From assembly GCA_964016885.1 (NCBI GenBank), contig OZ024760.1, forward strand, positions 31,186,001 to 31,250,000: a stretch of DNA of 64,000 bases. Direction: 5' to 3'. The notes beneath the pieces are model-generated. The model did no database searches, was not told the origin of the DNA, and saw nothing but the letters and a program-made list of their open reading frames with translations. The DNA comes from Eledone cirrhosa (taxonomy: Eukaryota). Made by a program: the position numbers and the translations under genes. Shown piece after piece: positions 39,587 through 53,478 of this stretch; the first letter of the stretch is position 1, and every line of letters starts with the position of its first letter.

Positions 39587-39915
39587 AAAATACATATAAA
39601 TAATAAATTTTCATTTATATATATATATATACATATAAGAAAATACATAAATATATATATAAATAAAAATAAAAAGGTGAAAGGGGTAAATAAATAGTTG
39701 GGAATACGACAAATAATAAATAAATAGATAAGGGTATAAATGTTTATAGCTGATTTAGAGCACTCAACAAGTTCCTGGAGCAAATAATCAATGAAAATAA
39801 GCATTAAATCACTCTGTATGTAATTATTCATATACATACACATACACATATATATATATACACACACACACACAACCATACAAATACACACATATATACA
39901 TACATATACATACAT

Positions 39916-39968
<53 letters not shown>

Positions 39969-41234
39969 GGAAAAAGTATGACCCCGACGGGAGAACTCAA
40001 GCCGTTTCTGAGGCTATTATATATATATACAAACATATATATAACTATTAAGCTCTGTAACCTACATAGAGCACTCTTTTATCCTGGATCTTTCCGACGG
40101 AATTACTTCATTTATATATATATATATATATTTATACATCAAAGATGGTGTGGTAAGATACCAGGTGGGCCATAACGCACCAGAGTACTTAATACTTAGG
40201 GTAGTAGAGTGGGTAATAAGAAAAGTCAGGACAACTAGATCCGAACCGGTTCGGATCTAGTTGTCGAAACGGCCGGACCTCAGCCGTCGGGGTCCTGACT
40301 CTTTTCCTATACATATTTGCTTGAGGGTGTGGGGCTTTTCAGAAGAGCTTCAGCTGTCCAGCTCTTCTGAGAGTTTCTTACCACTTAAGTCTTCCATTTC
40401 ACTTAAAACGTTTCACAAATAAAAACGCAGTTAGCTCCCCTGCAGCGTTGGCTGTCTCTTAGCAAATATCTAAATCTGAACGAAATATATTCAGGGTGGT
40501 CCGAAAGTCTTGACACCCCTACCAAGCCTTTTGTCCATGTCGTTATCGCTTAGTTCTTTGACGAATGTTGGCTTAAACGATTAAAATTATTATATATTAT
40601 AATTAATGATATTATAATTAATGTTATTATATATTATATTATTAAAACAAAAAATAATGGTTTCTTTAAAAATAATTGTTTCTACTTTTGGTACAAGGCC
40701 AGCAATTAACTCAGTGTATTACTGGTACTTTATTGTATCGACCCCGTAAGGATGAAAGGAAAAGTTAACCTCGGCGGGATTTGAACTCAGAATGGCAAGG
40801 GCCGTAACTCTATGCGTCAAAGCAAGGCGTCCGACCCTCTACAAATAATTGTTTCTACTTTAGGCACAAGGCCAGCAATTACCCAGTGCATTACTGGTAC
40901 TTTATTTTATCGACCCCGTAAGGATGAAAGGCAAAGTAAACCTCGGCGGGATTTGAACTCAGACCGTAAAGGGACGTAACTATGCTGGAAAGCATGGCGT
41001 CCGACTCTCTACCGATACTGCCAATTCACCGAATCAAAACATCATGTTAACATTTTGTGTTTCTCAATAAGCAAACACAATAGGCATTATCTACAACTCA
41101 AATGAAAAACATATGTATATATATATATAGAGAGAGAGAGAGAGAAATAGCCATATATTGTATATATACCAAATACATATTCTATAGAAATAGCGCTGTT
41201 ACCTGTGTACATATTCTTCTATAGATTATGTATT

Positions 41235-41376
41235 TGGTATATATACAATATACCATGCTTCTTATACGATATACTGTTTCTTATACGATATACTGTGTTT
41301 CTTATACAATATACTGTGTTTCTTATACGATATACTGTGTTTCTTATACAATATACTGTGTTTCTTATACGATATA
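41235..41376. repeat. 21-bp tandem repeat, ~6 units
   Basis: TATACTGTGTTTCTTATAC(G/A)A. Confidence 0.85.
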
Positions 41377-41487
41377 TGGCTCTTTCTCTCTACATATATA
41401 TACATATATCTTTTTCATTTGGTTATATATATATACTAAAACCATCAACACCACAAACAAAGAGCTGGCATATCTAAGAACTGACTA

Positions 41488-41543
41488 ACTGCCTGATGAG
41501 GTCATAACCATTCAATGGCTATCATCGAAATATATATAGCAGT
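41488..41543 (+). ncRNA. Minimal hammerhead (family of 2440)
   Basis: ACTGC CTGATGA GGTcATAaCCA-ttcaa-TGGcTATcATC GAAA tata TA ta GCAGT then AATAAA. Confidence 0.7.
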
Positions 41544-42496
41544 AAATAAAGGTTTATGAGTTCATGCAATTGACTTATGTTTCGTCACTATATATATATA
41601 TATATAATTAATACAATAACAGAGATAGTTTAAATCTAATCTCTGACTGGTAACCATCTCACTCAACAAACATTAGGTTATATTTTAATATAAACCCAAT
41701 TTAAGTGTTTGGGGTGCTAACAATATGTATTATGTGGAAAAGCCAGTTGTATTATTTTATGAGATATAATTAAAGTTAAAATATATCTCTCTTTCCAAAC
41801 AATTGTTTCATTATAAGTTTTCTACAAACTCGGAGAATATTTCCAGTTTATGTAGAAGCCTAAAATACATTCATGTTAGAATATATTTAGGTGGGCGTTT
41901 ATAAATCATCAGTGGAAGCCCATTAAACTTTGATATAAGAAAAAAATTTTTCTTACCGCAGTTAAAATTTGTGTCTGTTTAAGTTGCTCCTTCCCGCATC
42001 GAATGACCGGCAAATTTGACATTCCAGCAGTTTTTGACTGAGGAAGTATTATAGCGTCACTAAGCGGGAAGGGGAGACAACTACGATCCACGAAAGGAGG
42101 AAAAAAAATAATATACATGCGGGTTAATCAGTTTTTTCGAAAACATTATCAATCCAACGTGTTAAGAACTCAATTGAAATTAAAAAAATAAATATATGCG
42201 TGTATAAATTACACACACATATAGATATTTTCTTAGGCTAAAATATATATATATATTTTTTTTTTAAAAAGTTAAACAAGGTTCCTTGAATAAATCAAAG
42301 AATGAGTTTTACAATTTATATTGATGCCAAGTATTTTTTAAGCTGTCTCACACGCACCCTCTCTATTGTATGTATTATATATTTTTCTCATGTTCTCAAT
42401 ATTAAGGTATATAAATATTGAGTTTTGTCATATATTACTCACTACCATAACTGAATCTTAACCATCTACTATGTCAGGGTATGTCATGCATCATCT

Positions 42497-42563
42497 TATT
42501 TTATCTGATGAGGACGTACTGTTGAAGTTAACTCAGTACCTCTGAAATATGTATAATAAAATA
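42497..42563 (+). ncRNA. Minimal hammerhead (family of 30744)
   Basis: TATTTTAT CTGATGA GGAcGTACTG...CAGTACcTCT GAAA tatg TA taATAAAATA. Confidence 0.75.
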
Positions 42564-42678
42564 TACTTGTCACAAGAATATCTATTTTGTTAATATTTTG
42601 AATTAATATATATATATATATATATATATATTAATGAAAAAGAACAAAGGAACTATTATGACATTATAACAAGTTTAT

Positions 42679-42725
42679 TGCCGACAGCCGTTTCGTCCGA
42701 CCATATGGTGGGACTTTTCAAGGCA
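42679..42725 (-). ncRNA. Type I hammerhead, U3:A8 variant with GUC site
   Basis: TGCC TTGAAAA GTCC-cACCatatGGTc-GGAC GAAAC ggct GTC GGCA, overlapping AATAAA. Confidence 0.8.
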
Positions 42726-44647
42726 TATAACATGTGATTGTAAGTTCATTATTTACATCAACGTATCACTTAAGACTAGCAGTTTGAAATTGTGGTATAC
42801 ATCAGCAGCTCTGCTTGTATATTTGGGGTCTATATTCTAAGGGGGCTCTTTTATATTAGTTGTCGGAATTGTAAAAGGGATGGGTTATGGGGAGTTAAGA
42901 GAATTTGAAAAGTCAGGGATTGAAGGTTAAAAATTAGATAATTTATAATTTACGCATTAAAAGTAAAAGATTTGGGATTTCGTAGAAGCACTTTAAAAAA
43001 TCCCTCAATAAGTGCATAAAGCTTACAAGCCCCAATAAACTTAACAAACTAGAAGAGATTAAGAGACTAATAAAATTAAAAAAATAAAGATATAAAGTTT
43101 CCCTAAAAAAAATATAAAGTTTCCTAAGAAGTTCCTTCGGGAGAAAAAAATTTTTTTTCGAAAGAAAAAACTTTCTTCCTCAGATCACGTTAAAAAATTT
43201 CAGAAAATTTACGAAGTTTTGATAATCCCTACTAAGTTGAAAGAAACTAATCAATTAAAGGTTAATTCAAAAAGCCTTCAATAAACCCCTCAGAAAAGGC
43301 CCCTTTAATATTTTTAATAGGAACCTCCTCCGAGAGACCCTTCGAAGAATTAAAATTTTAGAGAGCCTTTAAGGATATATATAAACGAATTGAGGAAAAT
43401 TATAAATTAAAAGTTAAAAATTACGGTATTTGGGATATCCGAGGAATTTTCAAAGGGCTGCTTCAACAGATACAACTTAGGTATAATAGATAAAATAATT
43501 TAAGTAATTTAAGTAATTTAATTAGGGAGCAATTCAAAGAGCTTATCAAGTTGGGCAAGATTAAAGAAAATGATAAGTAAGAAAATACATAAGCAAAAAG
43601 ACAATAATTATAAAATGTATTTTTAAGAAGGTATAAGGTAGCTTCAGTAATCTAATAATGTACTATCAAAAAATTATTATAAAATTATCACAAAATTATT
43701 ATAAAATTATTATAAAATTATTACAAAATTATCATAAAACTATTGATACAGGATTAAAAAATTACTATAAAATTATTGATACAGGATTAACAAAGACATA
43801 ATAATATATTCCTGCCTAATTAACAAAAAATCAATAAACAATTAACAGTCAAGAAAAATTAGCTCAGGGATATCCCGCTCTCGGATACTTTACACACATA
43901 CAGCATCACATATGATTAACAAAGACATAATGGTATACTCCTGCCTAATTAACAAACAATCAATTAACAATTGATAGTCAAGAAAATGTACTCAGGGATA
44001 TCCCACGCACGGATACTTTACACACATACAGCAGGATGAACAATACAGGTGACCTTGTGGGCGCGATATCCATTATGCGTATGTAGTCATCTGCATAGCT
44101 CCAGGCACATTTGGTCTTGTTTAAAAGTTCAGAGTTCACGAATCAACTGGGATTCACTATCAGCTGCGTGGACTCTCTGGGAAATGTACCTGTGGATCAA
44201 ATAGCTAATGGTTGCTGGGTGTGGTCCGTTCGATCTTTTAGTTTCGGGGGTTGCACGCTGCCGGTTCTAAATCCAAGGTCTTGCTGCATAGGATGTATTG
44301 GTTTACATGCTATATTGGTAAAAAAACCAGTGTGGATTTGACTGGGGTGGTATATTACGAACTCCAAGCACACACGCGACTGGTCAAATGCAAAGGGCTG
44401 TCCCCTCTTTGTTTGTTGTAGGGGTCGGTTCCAGCTTAGATGTTGGTCGTGTTATCCATATTGCGCCAGCCATGCATATTCAAGACAGATCTGTATATAT
44501 TTGCGGGTATGGTCCGGCGTCTACGCTATCCAAAGGATCTAATATTTCTGCTCTGCTTATACGCATAGAGCTTAACTAGGTACCGTCGCATATTTGGTAG
44601 GTCAGACGTGATCATCGCGATTCACATACGACCTACCATACATCTTG

Positions 44648-44718
<71 letters not shown>

Positions 44719-44872
44719 CGAAGGAGTTGTGGTAAGGAACCAGATGGACCATAACGCACCAGAGTACTCATTACTTAGGGTAGTAGAGTGGGTAATAGGA
44801 GAAAGTATGACCCCCGATACAGAGCTCAAGCCGTTTCGACGGTTATTTCTGGACTAAAGTGGGGTCGTACTT

Positions 44873-44900
<28 letters not shown>

Positions 44901-44909
<9 letters not shown>

Positions 44910-45330
44910 TAAACGGAATAGAAAATGCCGACAAATTGTTCACAGTTGAAAAATGGTTTAATTAGGAATAAAAGAGTATTAGTGATTGTATGGGTTAGTA
45001 TTCAGTTGTGGTTTTAAGTTTTTAAGTTTTTACCGGTTGCGCATTTCTAAATGCTTTTCAAAAATAATTTTGAGATAGAGTGTCCGTGTTGTTTGCTCTG
45101 ATCTGAGCAAACAACACGGACACTCTAGATCAGAGCAAACAACACGGACACTCTATCTCAAAATTATTTTTGAAAAGCATTTAGAAATGCGCAACCGGTA
45201 AAAACTTAAAAACTTAAAACCACAACTGAATACTAACCCATACAATCACTAATACTCTTTTATTCCTAATTAAACCATTTTTCAACTGTGAACAATTTGT
45301 CAGCATTTTCTATTCCGTTTACCAATATAT
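44901..45330. repeat. ~200-bp-arm near-perfect palindrome with hammerhead-like motif in each arm
   Basis: Arms are reverse complements; TTT TTGAAAA GCATT...AATGC GCAAC CG GTA AAA (U3:A8 plus A13C). Confidence 0.85.
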
Positions 45331-45360
45331 AATAACTTGTGTGTTACACCTCTATTCTTT

Positions 45361-45408
<48 letters not shown>

Positions 45409-45419
45409 ATATATATTCA

Positions 45420-48185
45420 GACTTCTAGAATTCTGCGACGCCAATGACATGTCAATATGTAACACAAACTTCAAAAAACCCGACAACCACCTGATCATCT
45501 TTATATCAGGGGAGCATTCTAGTCAGATAGATTTTATCCTCATCAGAGGACGTGACAGATGGACGGTCGTAAACACAAAAGCCTTCCTTAGTGAGGAATG
45601 TACCTCCCAACATAGCTTAGTTGTCAGCGACCTCGCGGTCAGAACTAAACGAACCTGGAAGCAGAGGCCAACCTGGAGAGGAAAGATCTGGAAGCTGAAA
45701 GACCCCTCGGCCAGTAACAGATTTAAAGATATTTTACTCAATGCCTACAACAGTAAAGAAGAACAGATAGAGACATTCAATGTAGAAGAGCACTGGGAGT
45801 TCCTAAAAAATAACTTACTAGAGGCGACGGATGAGATCTGTGGCTGGAGTAAGACCACAAGCAGGAGGAGAATGACTTGGTGGTAGAACAATAAGGTAGA
45901 TGAGGCAGTTAAGGCCAAGAGATAGGCATGGAAAGAATGGAAGAATGGGGGAAGCAGGGTACATTACATAGAGACCAAGAGGGAAGCTAGGCGACAAGTA
46001 TACTTAGCTAGGAGGGAAGCAGAGGATAGAAAATTCAAGCATGTTTTGCAACGTGAGGACCAGAAACAGGAGGTGTTCAAGATTGCGAGGCAGTGTGTCA
46101 GAGAGAATTGTGATGTCATTGGAGAGAAGTGTATCTGGAATGATAAAGGTGAGCTTGCCCTCACAAGTGCTGAGAAGAAAGATGCATGGAAGAGCCATTA
46201 TGATAGATTACTAAATGAGGAGAATGCATGGGAAGAAGAGACCCTACCCCAAGTAGACCCTATAGAGGGGCCAGCAGTACAAATCAGCAGCAGCGTAGTA
46301 AGTAAGGCAATCAAAGATATGAAGATGGGGGAAGGCAACCGGTCCATCAGGTATAGCTGCCGAGATGCTGAAGGCATCTGGGTCGGTAGGTCACACCGTA
46401 ACCACACGTATTGTTAACCAGGTAATACTAGGTGTCATACCAAAAGATTGGTGCAGTAGCATCATTGTGAACTGTTACAAAGGTAAAGGTGATGCACTAG
46501 ATAGAGGAAACTATAGAGGTATAAAGCTGATGGACCAGGTCATGAAAGTAACAGAAAGAGTTATAGCACAGTTAATTAGGGACCGGGTGAAACTAGATGA
46601 GATGCAATTTGGGTTTGTACCAGGAAGAGGCACCACTGATGCCCTCTTCCTTGTGAGGCAGTTACAGGAAAAGCCACTCTACCTGGCATTCGTCAATCTC
46701 GAGAAAGCCTTTGACAGAGTTCCATGTGCTATAATCTGGTGGGCTCTTAGAAAACTAGGAGTAGATGAATGGCTTGTGAAAGCTGTACAAGCCATGTATA
46801 GGGGAGCAGTCAGCAAAGTTAGGATTAGCAATGAGTATAGCGAGGAATTTAGCGTACAGGTTGGTGTCCACCAGGGCTCTGTTCTTAGCCCTCTCCTGAT
46901 CATCATAGTCCTGCAGGCAATAACGGAGGAGTTTAAGACCAGATGCCCATGGGAACTCCTGTATGCAGATGAGCTCGCACTTATAGCTGAATCTATGGTA
47001 GAGCTAGAGAAGAAATTCCAAACTTGGAAGCAGGGACTCAAAGTCAACATGACAAAGACTAAGGTCCTTGTAAGTAGACGAGAAAACAGAACCCAGATCC
47101 CCTCAGGGAAATGGCCTTGCTCAGTATGTAGGAAAGGTGTAGGTAGGAACTCCATTCTCTGCCCCAAATGCAAACAATGGGTACACAAGAGATGTAACGG
47201 GATCTCAGGAAGCTTAATTAAGAATGTAGGCTTCACATGCAGCAGCTGTGCTGGGACAGCAAGCAGCAAACAGCCACAGGAAACAAGTACCACCAATCTC
47301 TGGGAGGGCTCTGAGTAGACAGCTTCTGCTACCTAGGTGACCGAATTAGCAGCGGAGGTGGGTGTTCAGAAAGTACAATAACTAGAGTAAGAACAGGATG
47401 GAAGAAGTTCAGGGAACTACTGCCACTGCTAGCTGCAAAAGGCTTCTCCCTCAAAATGAAAGGCAGACTGTATGATGCGTGTATCCGAACAGCAATGTTA
47501 CATTGTAGTGAGATCTGGGCGCTGAAGGTAGAAGACTTACGTAGATTAGAAAGAAACGAAGCCTGCATGCTCCGATGGATGTGTAATAGTAATATACGCG
47601 AACGGCAAAGCATAAATGAATTGAGAGAGAGACTGAGCATCAGAGGAATCAAATGCTGTATGCAGGAGAGGCGGATGCGTTGGTATGGACATGTGATGCG
47701 TATGAAGGATGACAGCTGCATAAAAAGGTGCAGAGCACTAGAAGTCAATGGAAGTCGCGGAGCGGGGAGACCGAAGAAGACCTGGGATGAGGTGATAGGG
47801 GCCGACCTTACCCAGTTGCAGCTCTCAAAGGTGATGACACACGACCGTGACCTCTGGCATCACTCAGTAATACAGAAGCATATAGACAATATGCCCCCAC
47901 ACCCTCCCACTGCAAAGTGGTCGTGGCGGTGCCACGGCAAAAAAGCACCCAGCCCACACTGTAAAGTGGATGTGTAGGCGCCACGGAAAAAAGCACCCAG
48001 CACTCACTGTAAATGAGGTTGGTGTTAGGAAGGGCATCCAGCTGTAGAAATCAAGCCAAAATCAGTTCCTGTATGAGCAAGGCATGGTCAGCCGACAAGA
48101 CACTGCCCACAACAGGACAACCCGTCTAACCCATGCTAGCATGGAAGAACGGACGTAAAACGGTGATGATGATGATGATGATGAT
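45420..48185 (+). mobile_element. RTE LINE, 5'-truncated within the endonuclease, frameshifted
   Basis: SQIDFIL/QHSLVV APE C-terminus, NYRGIKL, QGSVLSP, YADE, internal C4HC3 finger, (GAT)n tail. Confidence 0.93.
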
Positions 48186-48599
48186 ACAAAGTGTTAAAAC
48201 AATCAATTCTTATTTTAATACATTAGCAAATAAATGTATTAAACTAAGATAGATTGTTTTAACACTTTGTATCTCGGCTCTGTAAAACACTTGATAATTT
48301 GCATTGAGCCTTTTGTCATACCAGTACCCTCTATTTATAATTGTATATTAAACATATATAAGTATAGATATTCCTATTACTATATATATATATATATGAC
48401 ACGTTGATTATACTCGGAGAGGCCTCGAATAATCGGCCCATCCCCACTTATTAGTTTTTCAGATTTTTTCCAGAATCCCCCAACACACTCACTCATACAC
48501 ATACATTTATATACACACACACACACATATACATATATACATATATATACACACGCACATATATATATATATATATATAAACACACACATACATTTATA

Positions 48600-48643
<44 letters not shown>

Positions 48644-48925
48644 CAAGCTGTTGCCAGTAAAAGACAACAGGTTGTGTTTGAACAGATTTGTTAAACTGAT
48701 TATGGTTTATGGTAGCTACATAGGAGAGAGATGGGGGGGGGGGCGACAATTACACACACACATATATATATGTATGCATATATATATATACATATGTATA
48801 TACATGCATATATATATACATGTGTGTATATATATATAATATATATGTGTGTGTATATATATATATATATACATACATACATATGTGTATGTGTACATAT
48901 ACATACATATATATATATTATATAT

Positions 48926-48965
<40 letters not shown>

Positions 48966-49309
48966 TATACATACATATGTGTACATATACATGTGTGTAC
49001 ATATACATATACATATATATATATACATACATATGTCTGTGTACATACACTGTGTATATATATATAGTCAAACAGCACTGCTCTGCTATATTCTTCCCCC
49101 ATGTACAAATGTTAGTCAGGATTGACAAAGGACAAAGATGACCTCAGAATCGGTGGCTTGTGAAGTAGTAAGGGGGGGGGGGGGGGGGGGCTGTTGCCCA
49201 AATGGAAGGGTGTGGGATGGGTGGGGTCACTGTATTGCTTACCCTCCCACTTCCACAACCCTTTAACTCTAATCTTTATCACATCCCTCCTAAAATAACA
49301 ATCATTTAA

Positions 49310-50239
49310 CCCTTTAGCATTTAAACCAGCCATATCCAGCCAGAATTTCTCAGCTCTTTCTGTTCTAACCGGCTGTAACCAGCTACTTATACTGATGTTA
49401 GGGTATTGTTCTCAAAATAAATAATATTGAAATCTCATAGATTCAGTATTATGTGAGATAAAGCCTTTACTGTGAAAATACAATAGTATATATAAAGTAA
49501 TAATATAAATGTTATGTGAGATAATATGTGAGGTAAAGCCTTTACTGTGAAAATACAATAGTATATATAGAGTAATGTAAATGTTATGTGAGATATTATG
49601 TGAGGTAAAGCCTTTACTGTGAAAATACAATAATATATATAGAGTAATGTAAATGTTATGTGAGATAATATGTGAGGTAAAGCCTTTACTGTGAAAATAC
49701 AATAGTATATATAGAGTAATATAAATGTTATGTGAGATATTATGTGAGGTAAAGCCTTTACTGTGAAAATACAATAGTATATATAGAGTAATGTAAATGT
49801 TATGTGAGATAATATGTGAGGTAAAGCCTTTACTGTGAAAATACAATAGTATATATAGAGTAATGTAAATGTTATGTGAGATAATATGTGAGGTAAAGCC
49901 TTTACTGTGAAAATACAATAGTATATATAGAGTAATATAAATGTTATGTGAGATATTATGTGAGGTAAAGCCTTTACTGTGAAAATACAATAGTATATAT
50001 AGAGTATTGTAAATGTTATGTAAGATATTATGTGAGGTAAAGCCTTTACTGTGAAAATACAATAGTATATATAGAGTAATGTAAATGTTATGTGAGATAA
50101 TATGTGAGGTAAAGCCTTTACTGTGAAAATACAATAGTATATATAGAGTAATATAAATGTTATGTGAGATATTATGTGAGGTAAAGCCTTTACTGTGAAA
50201 ATACAATAGTATATATAGAGTAATGTAAAAACTAAAGGA
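49310..50239. mobile_element. piggyBac-type MITE with internal 72-bp tandem array (~11 units, 49450-50228)
   Basis: TTAA|CCCTTTAG...CTAAAGGA|TTAA; otherwise colinear with 6381-6596. Confidence 0.85.
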
Positions 50240-50719
50240 TTAAGACTGGTGCCTTTATTTGATTTAACTAGAGCTGGCGGGGGGCGGTTGGCGGGGTGAG
50301 GTGCGATTTGGTATGTCTAAAAGTCTGTCTTAAGCCAGAATGCTCATTAGAACAGTTCTTATCTGGTTTTGTGGCGTGAAGTCACTGAGAGTACAAGACT
50401 CTCTTGGACAGGACGCCAGTCTATCACAGAGTTAAACCCCCTGCTGCTGCTGTTACTCATTTTCATCTGAGTATACTGGAGCAACATGAAATGAAGTATT
50501 TTGCTCAAGAACACAACACACAACCCAGGAATCGAACCCACAACATTATGACCGTAAGTCCAACACCTTTACCTCTGGGGGTTAAGTTTGAAAGGCTATG
50601 AAAAGTAAAGCTGAGAATATTAATACAGAATACTTTTATTTTATTAAATAATTTAGTTTTTTTTTTAGTTATTTTATATATCAACAGTCCAGGGTTGTTT
50701 ATTTGTCCAGCAGTTGAAA

Positions 50720-51012
50720 TGACTATGAAGGAGTGACTCTAGAGCTGTGAAATCTTGCATTAACTTCAGCTCTTCTTATTAATAACTGCATTGTTTCTTT
50801 CTAGGGACTATGTTAAAAAATAAACCTCATTTGGTCATTCCATGAGAGTATCTTGGTCATAGGCTGACTATGAAGGAGTGATGCTAGAGCTGTGAAATCT
50901 TGCATGCATTCATTTCAACTCCTCTTATTAATAACTGCATTGTTTCTTTCCAGGGTCTATGTTAAAAGAAAAAATAAACCTCATTTTGTCATTCCATGAG
51001 AGTATCTTGGTC
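50720..51012. repeat. ~145-bp direct duplication
   Basis: TGACTATGAAGGAGTGA...GAGAGTATCTTGGTCA occurs twice. Confidence 0.85.
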
Positions 51013-51326
51013 AGCCAACCTTTCCACTGACCTTCACACTTTTAGGGTTTATTTTCAAATAGAAACCAATCTATACTAGCAACTTTAAATAAGTGAGGAT
51101 ATTTTCTGGAAGGCTGCTTCATTAGTTTTCTCTTACTAATGACCCAAATGTAATGTAAGACAAACAGAAATGAACATTATTGATTTATATTTGAAATTTA
51201 ATCAGTGAATTCAATAATAAATGGAAGTTATGAGATTGTCAGATATAGTATGATATTATTTAATATCTTTCGAGACTTAACAGCCGACCTATGGAGCCAG
51301 ACTTATATATATATATTAGATAGATA

Positions 51327-53478
51327 TGTTTCTTTTATTTGCCACCAGGGCATCAAAAGTGGGACAAGTACAATGGGGGGAGTTTACAAAACAAGGCGTC
51401 CTCAATAAGGAGGAGGCAATAACAATATATAAAAATAAAATAAAATATAACAAAAAATAAAATTTATAACAAAGTCCTCAATAGAGAGGAGGCGCCTTGG
51501 GGGGTCGCACACACCCCCGAAAAAAGTGTGCAACCCTTCTCCTCAGGAGCACAGAGAAGGGGTGCTCCCTTGGTCTTTCATCTTCCTCACCTATAGTCTG
51601 ATGTAGAGTGAAGGCCCATTCACACGGGCCATTCTCGCCACTTTCACCCATCTTTCATAGAAACGGCTGGGGTGCAGCACCTCTCTCTCCATCCTGATCC
51701 TTCTTCCGAAATGATATCGGAAGAAACGGACCAGTTGTTGGCCAGAGAGAAAGGTGTCTGACCTCAGTCCTTTCAGACGCGTCCACCATACAACCTCTTT
51801 CGCCATGGCTATTACGCACAGAAACACCGCCTCTCCTTCGTTTTTGAAGAGGGGAGGCGGCTTGATCGTTACAATAGACTCGGTGGTCAACCGGATTGGT
51901 CCCACCCTTGACAGCAGTTGTTCGACATAACCCCACAGATCGGCAATGCCCGAGCAGTGTACCAATGCGTGTGCAACGGTTTCCTCGTCGCACACGCATC
52001 TGGGACAGATCTTTTTCGATGGGTCCCTACCCGGGCGCCCGTGTCTGTAGAGCCTTTCTCGAACGGGCAGAGCCCTTCTGTAGCATTGCCAGGCCAGGGA
52101 CCTCTGGAAGTTATCCATGGGTCCCGGGCTGAATGTCCTACTGAACAGGTTGGCCAGTTCGTCTTCCTCCATGCCTAGGGCTTCTCCGAGGGCGTCGTCG
52201 CACCTGCTAACCACCAGCCCTCTATAGAATGACGAGGTGGATTCTCCACTGACAGCCGGGTCCGCCTGCCAGAGAGCCATGAGTGCCTGGGCACACTCGG
52301 TGTGCCAGGCGCCCAGTTTTCTCGGTCTTTGCTTGACCCAGGATTGCAGCTCGGTGAGTGAGACGAGTCTGGGAAAGGCTCGCCTCACAAACGGGGCCCA
52401 CACCGGTTGACCGGAGAGGAATACCTGAAGGTGCCGTAGCCTTAATGCGTGTTTATGTATCATTAGCCACGGAATCCCCAGCCCTCCTTTCGAAGGGTGT
52501 TGACAGCAGATGGATCTCCTCACCATAGGAGCCTGCTTCTTCCAAAGGAATTGGAAGAGTGCGCGCTCCATTTTGGCGAGCGTTTCCCTTGGGCAAGGTA
52601 CAACGGTCAGGCGGTAGTAGATGACGGACGCTATATAAGTGTTCGCCACCTCCGCCCGTCCTTTCAGGGACAGTTTGCACTCGGCCCACTTCTGGGTCAG
52701 TGCAAACACCCTGTTCGTCACCTCACCCCAGTTCTTCTCCACCTGGAGGTCTGGTCCGAACCAGACCCCGAGCAACTTCACCGGGCCCTCCGTCCAGCGC
52801 CCGACGACGCCATCGGAGGGCATCGATCTGCCCCTCCACGTGCCGAGTTGCAGACCGATCGACTTGTCCCGGTTCAGCTTAGCCCCTGTAAACCTTTCGT
52901 ACTCCTTCAGTAAGGTGCCGATCGCCCTGATTTCCGAGGCCGTTGACACCATTACTGTTACGTCATCGGCGTAGGCTGACACCGCTTTCCGCAATCCCGG
53001 TTCCAACGGGATGCCCTGCAACAACTCCAACTTCCGCAGCAGTGGCTCTAGAGTCATTACATACAGAAGGGAGGAGAGAGGGCACCCCTGTCGGATGGAC
53101 CGCGCGATTTTGAACGGTTCCGAGAGGTAGCCGTTCACCTTGACCCTAGAGCAGATGCGGCTGCTGTGCATGGCATTGATCCAGCCCCTGAAAACGGGTC
53201 CGAAGCCTGCCGCCGCTAGCACCGCATCCAGGTAACCATGGTCGACCCTATCGAATGCCTTAGATTGATCCAAGTTGATCAGGGCCCCACCAAAGCCGGG
53301 TTCGTTCCCAACCCTCTCTATGATGTATCGCATGAGGTGGAGGTTATCGTGGATGGACCTGGACGGGATAGCACATGTCTGCGCATCTCCCACCAGGTTG
53401 CCCACGACAAGCGCCAACCTCTTTGCTAGCACCTTGGCCAAAATCTGTAACTCTGTATTTAGCAGAGTTATGGGCCTG
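51327..53478 (-). mobile_element. L1/Tx1-clade LINE, 5'-truncated at the start of RT, ORF open (51591-53478)
   Basis: RPITLLN, LDQSKAFDRV, RQGCPLS, AYADD, C-terminal CPRC....ETVAHALVHC; AATAAA at 3' end; flanking direct repeat TTAGATAGATA. Confidence 0.92.

Noticed and set aside
49412-50206. 264-aa ORF with 24-aa repeats
   Set aside because: Translation of the 72-bp array inside a MITE
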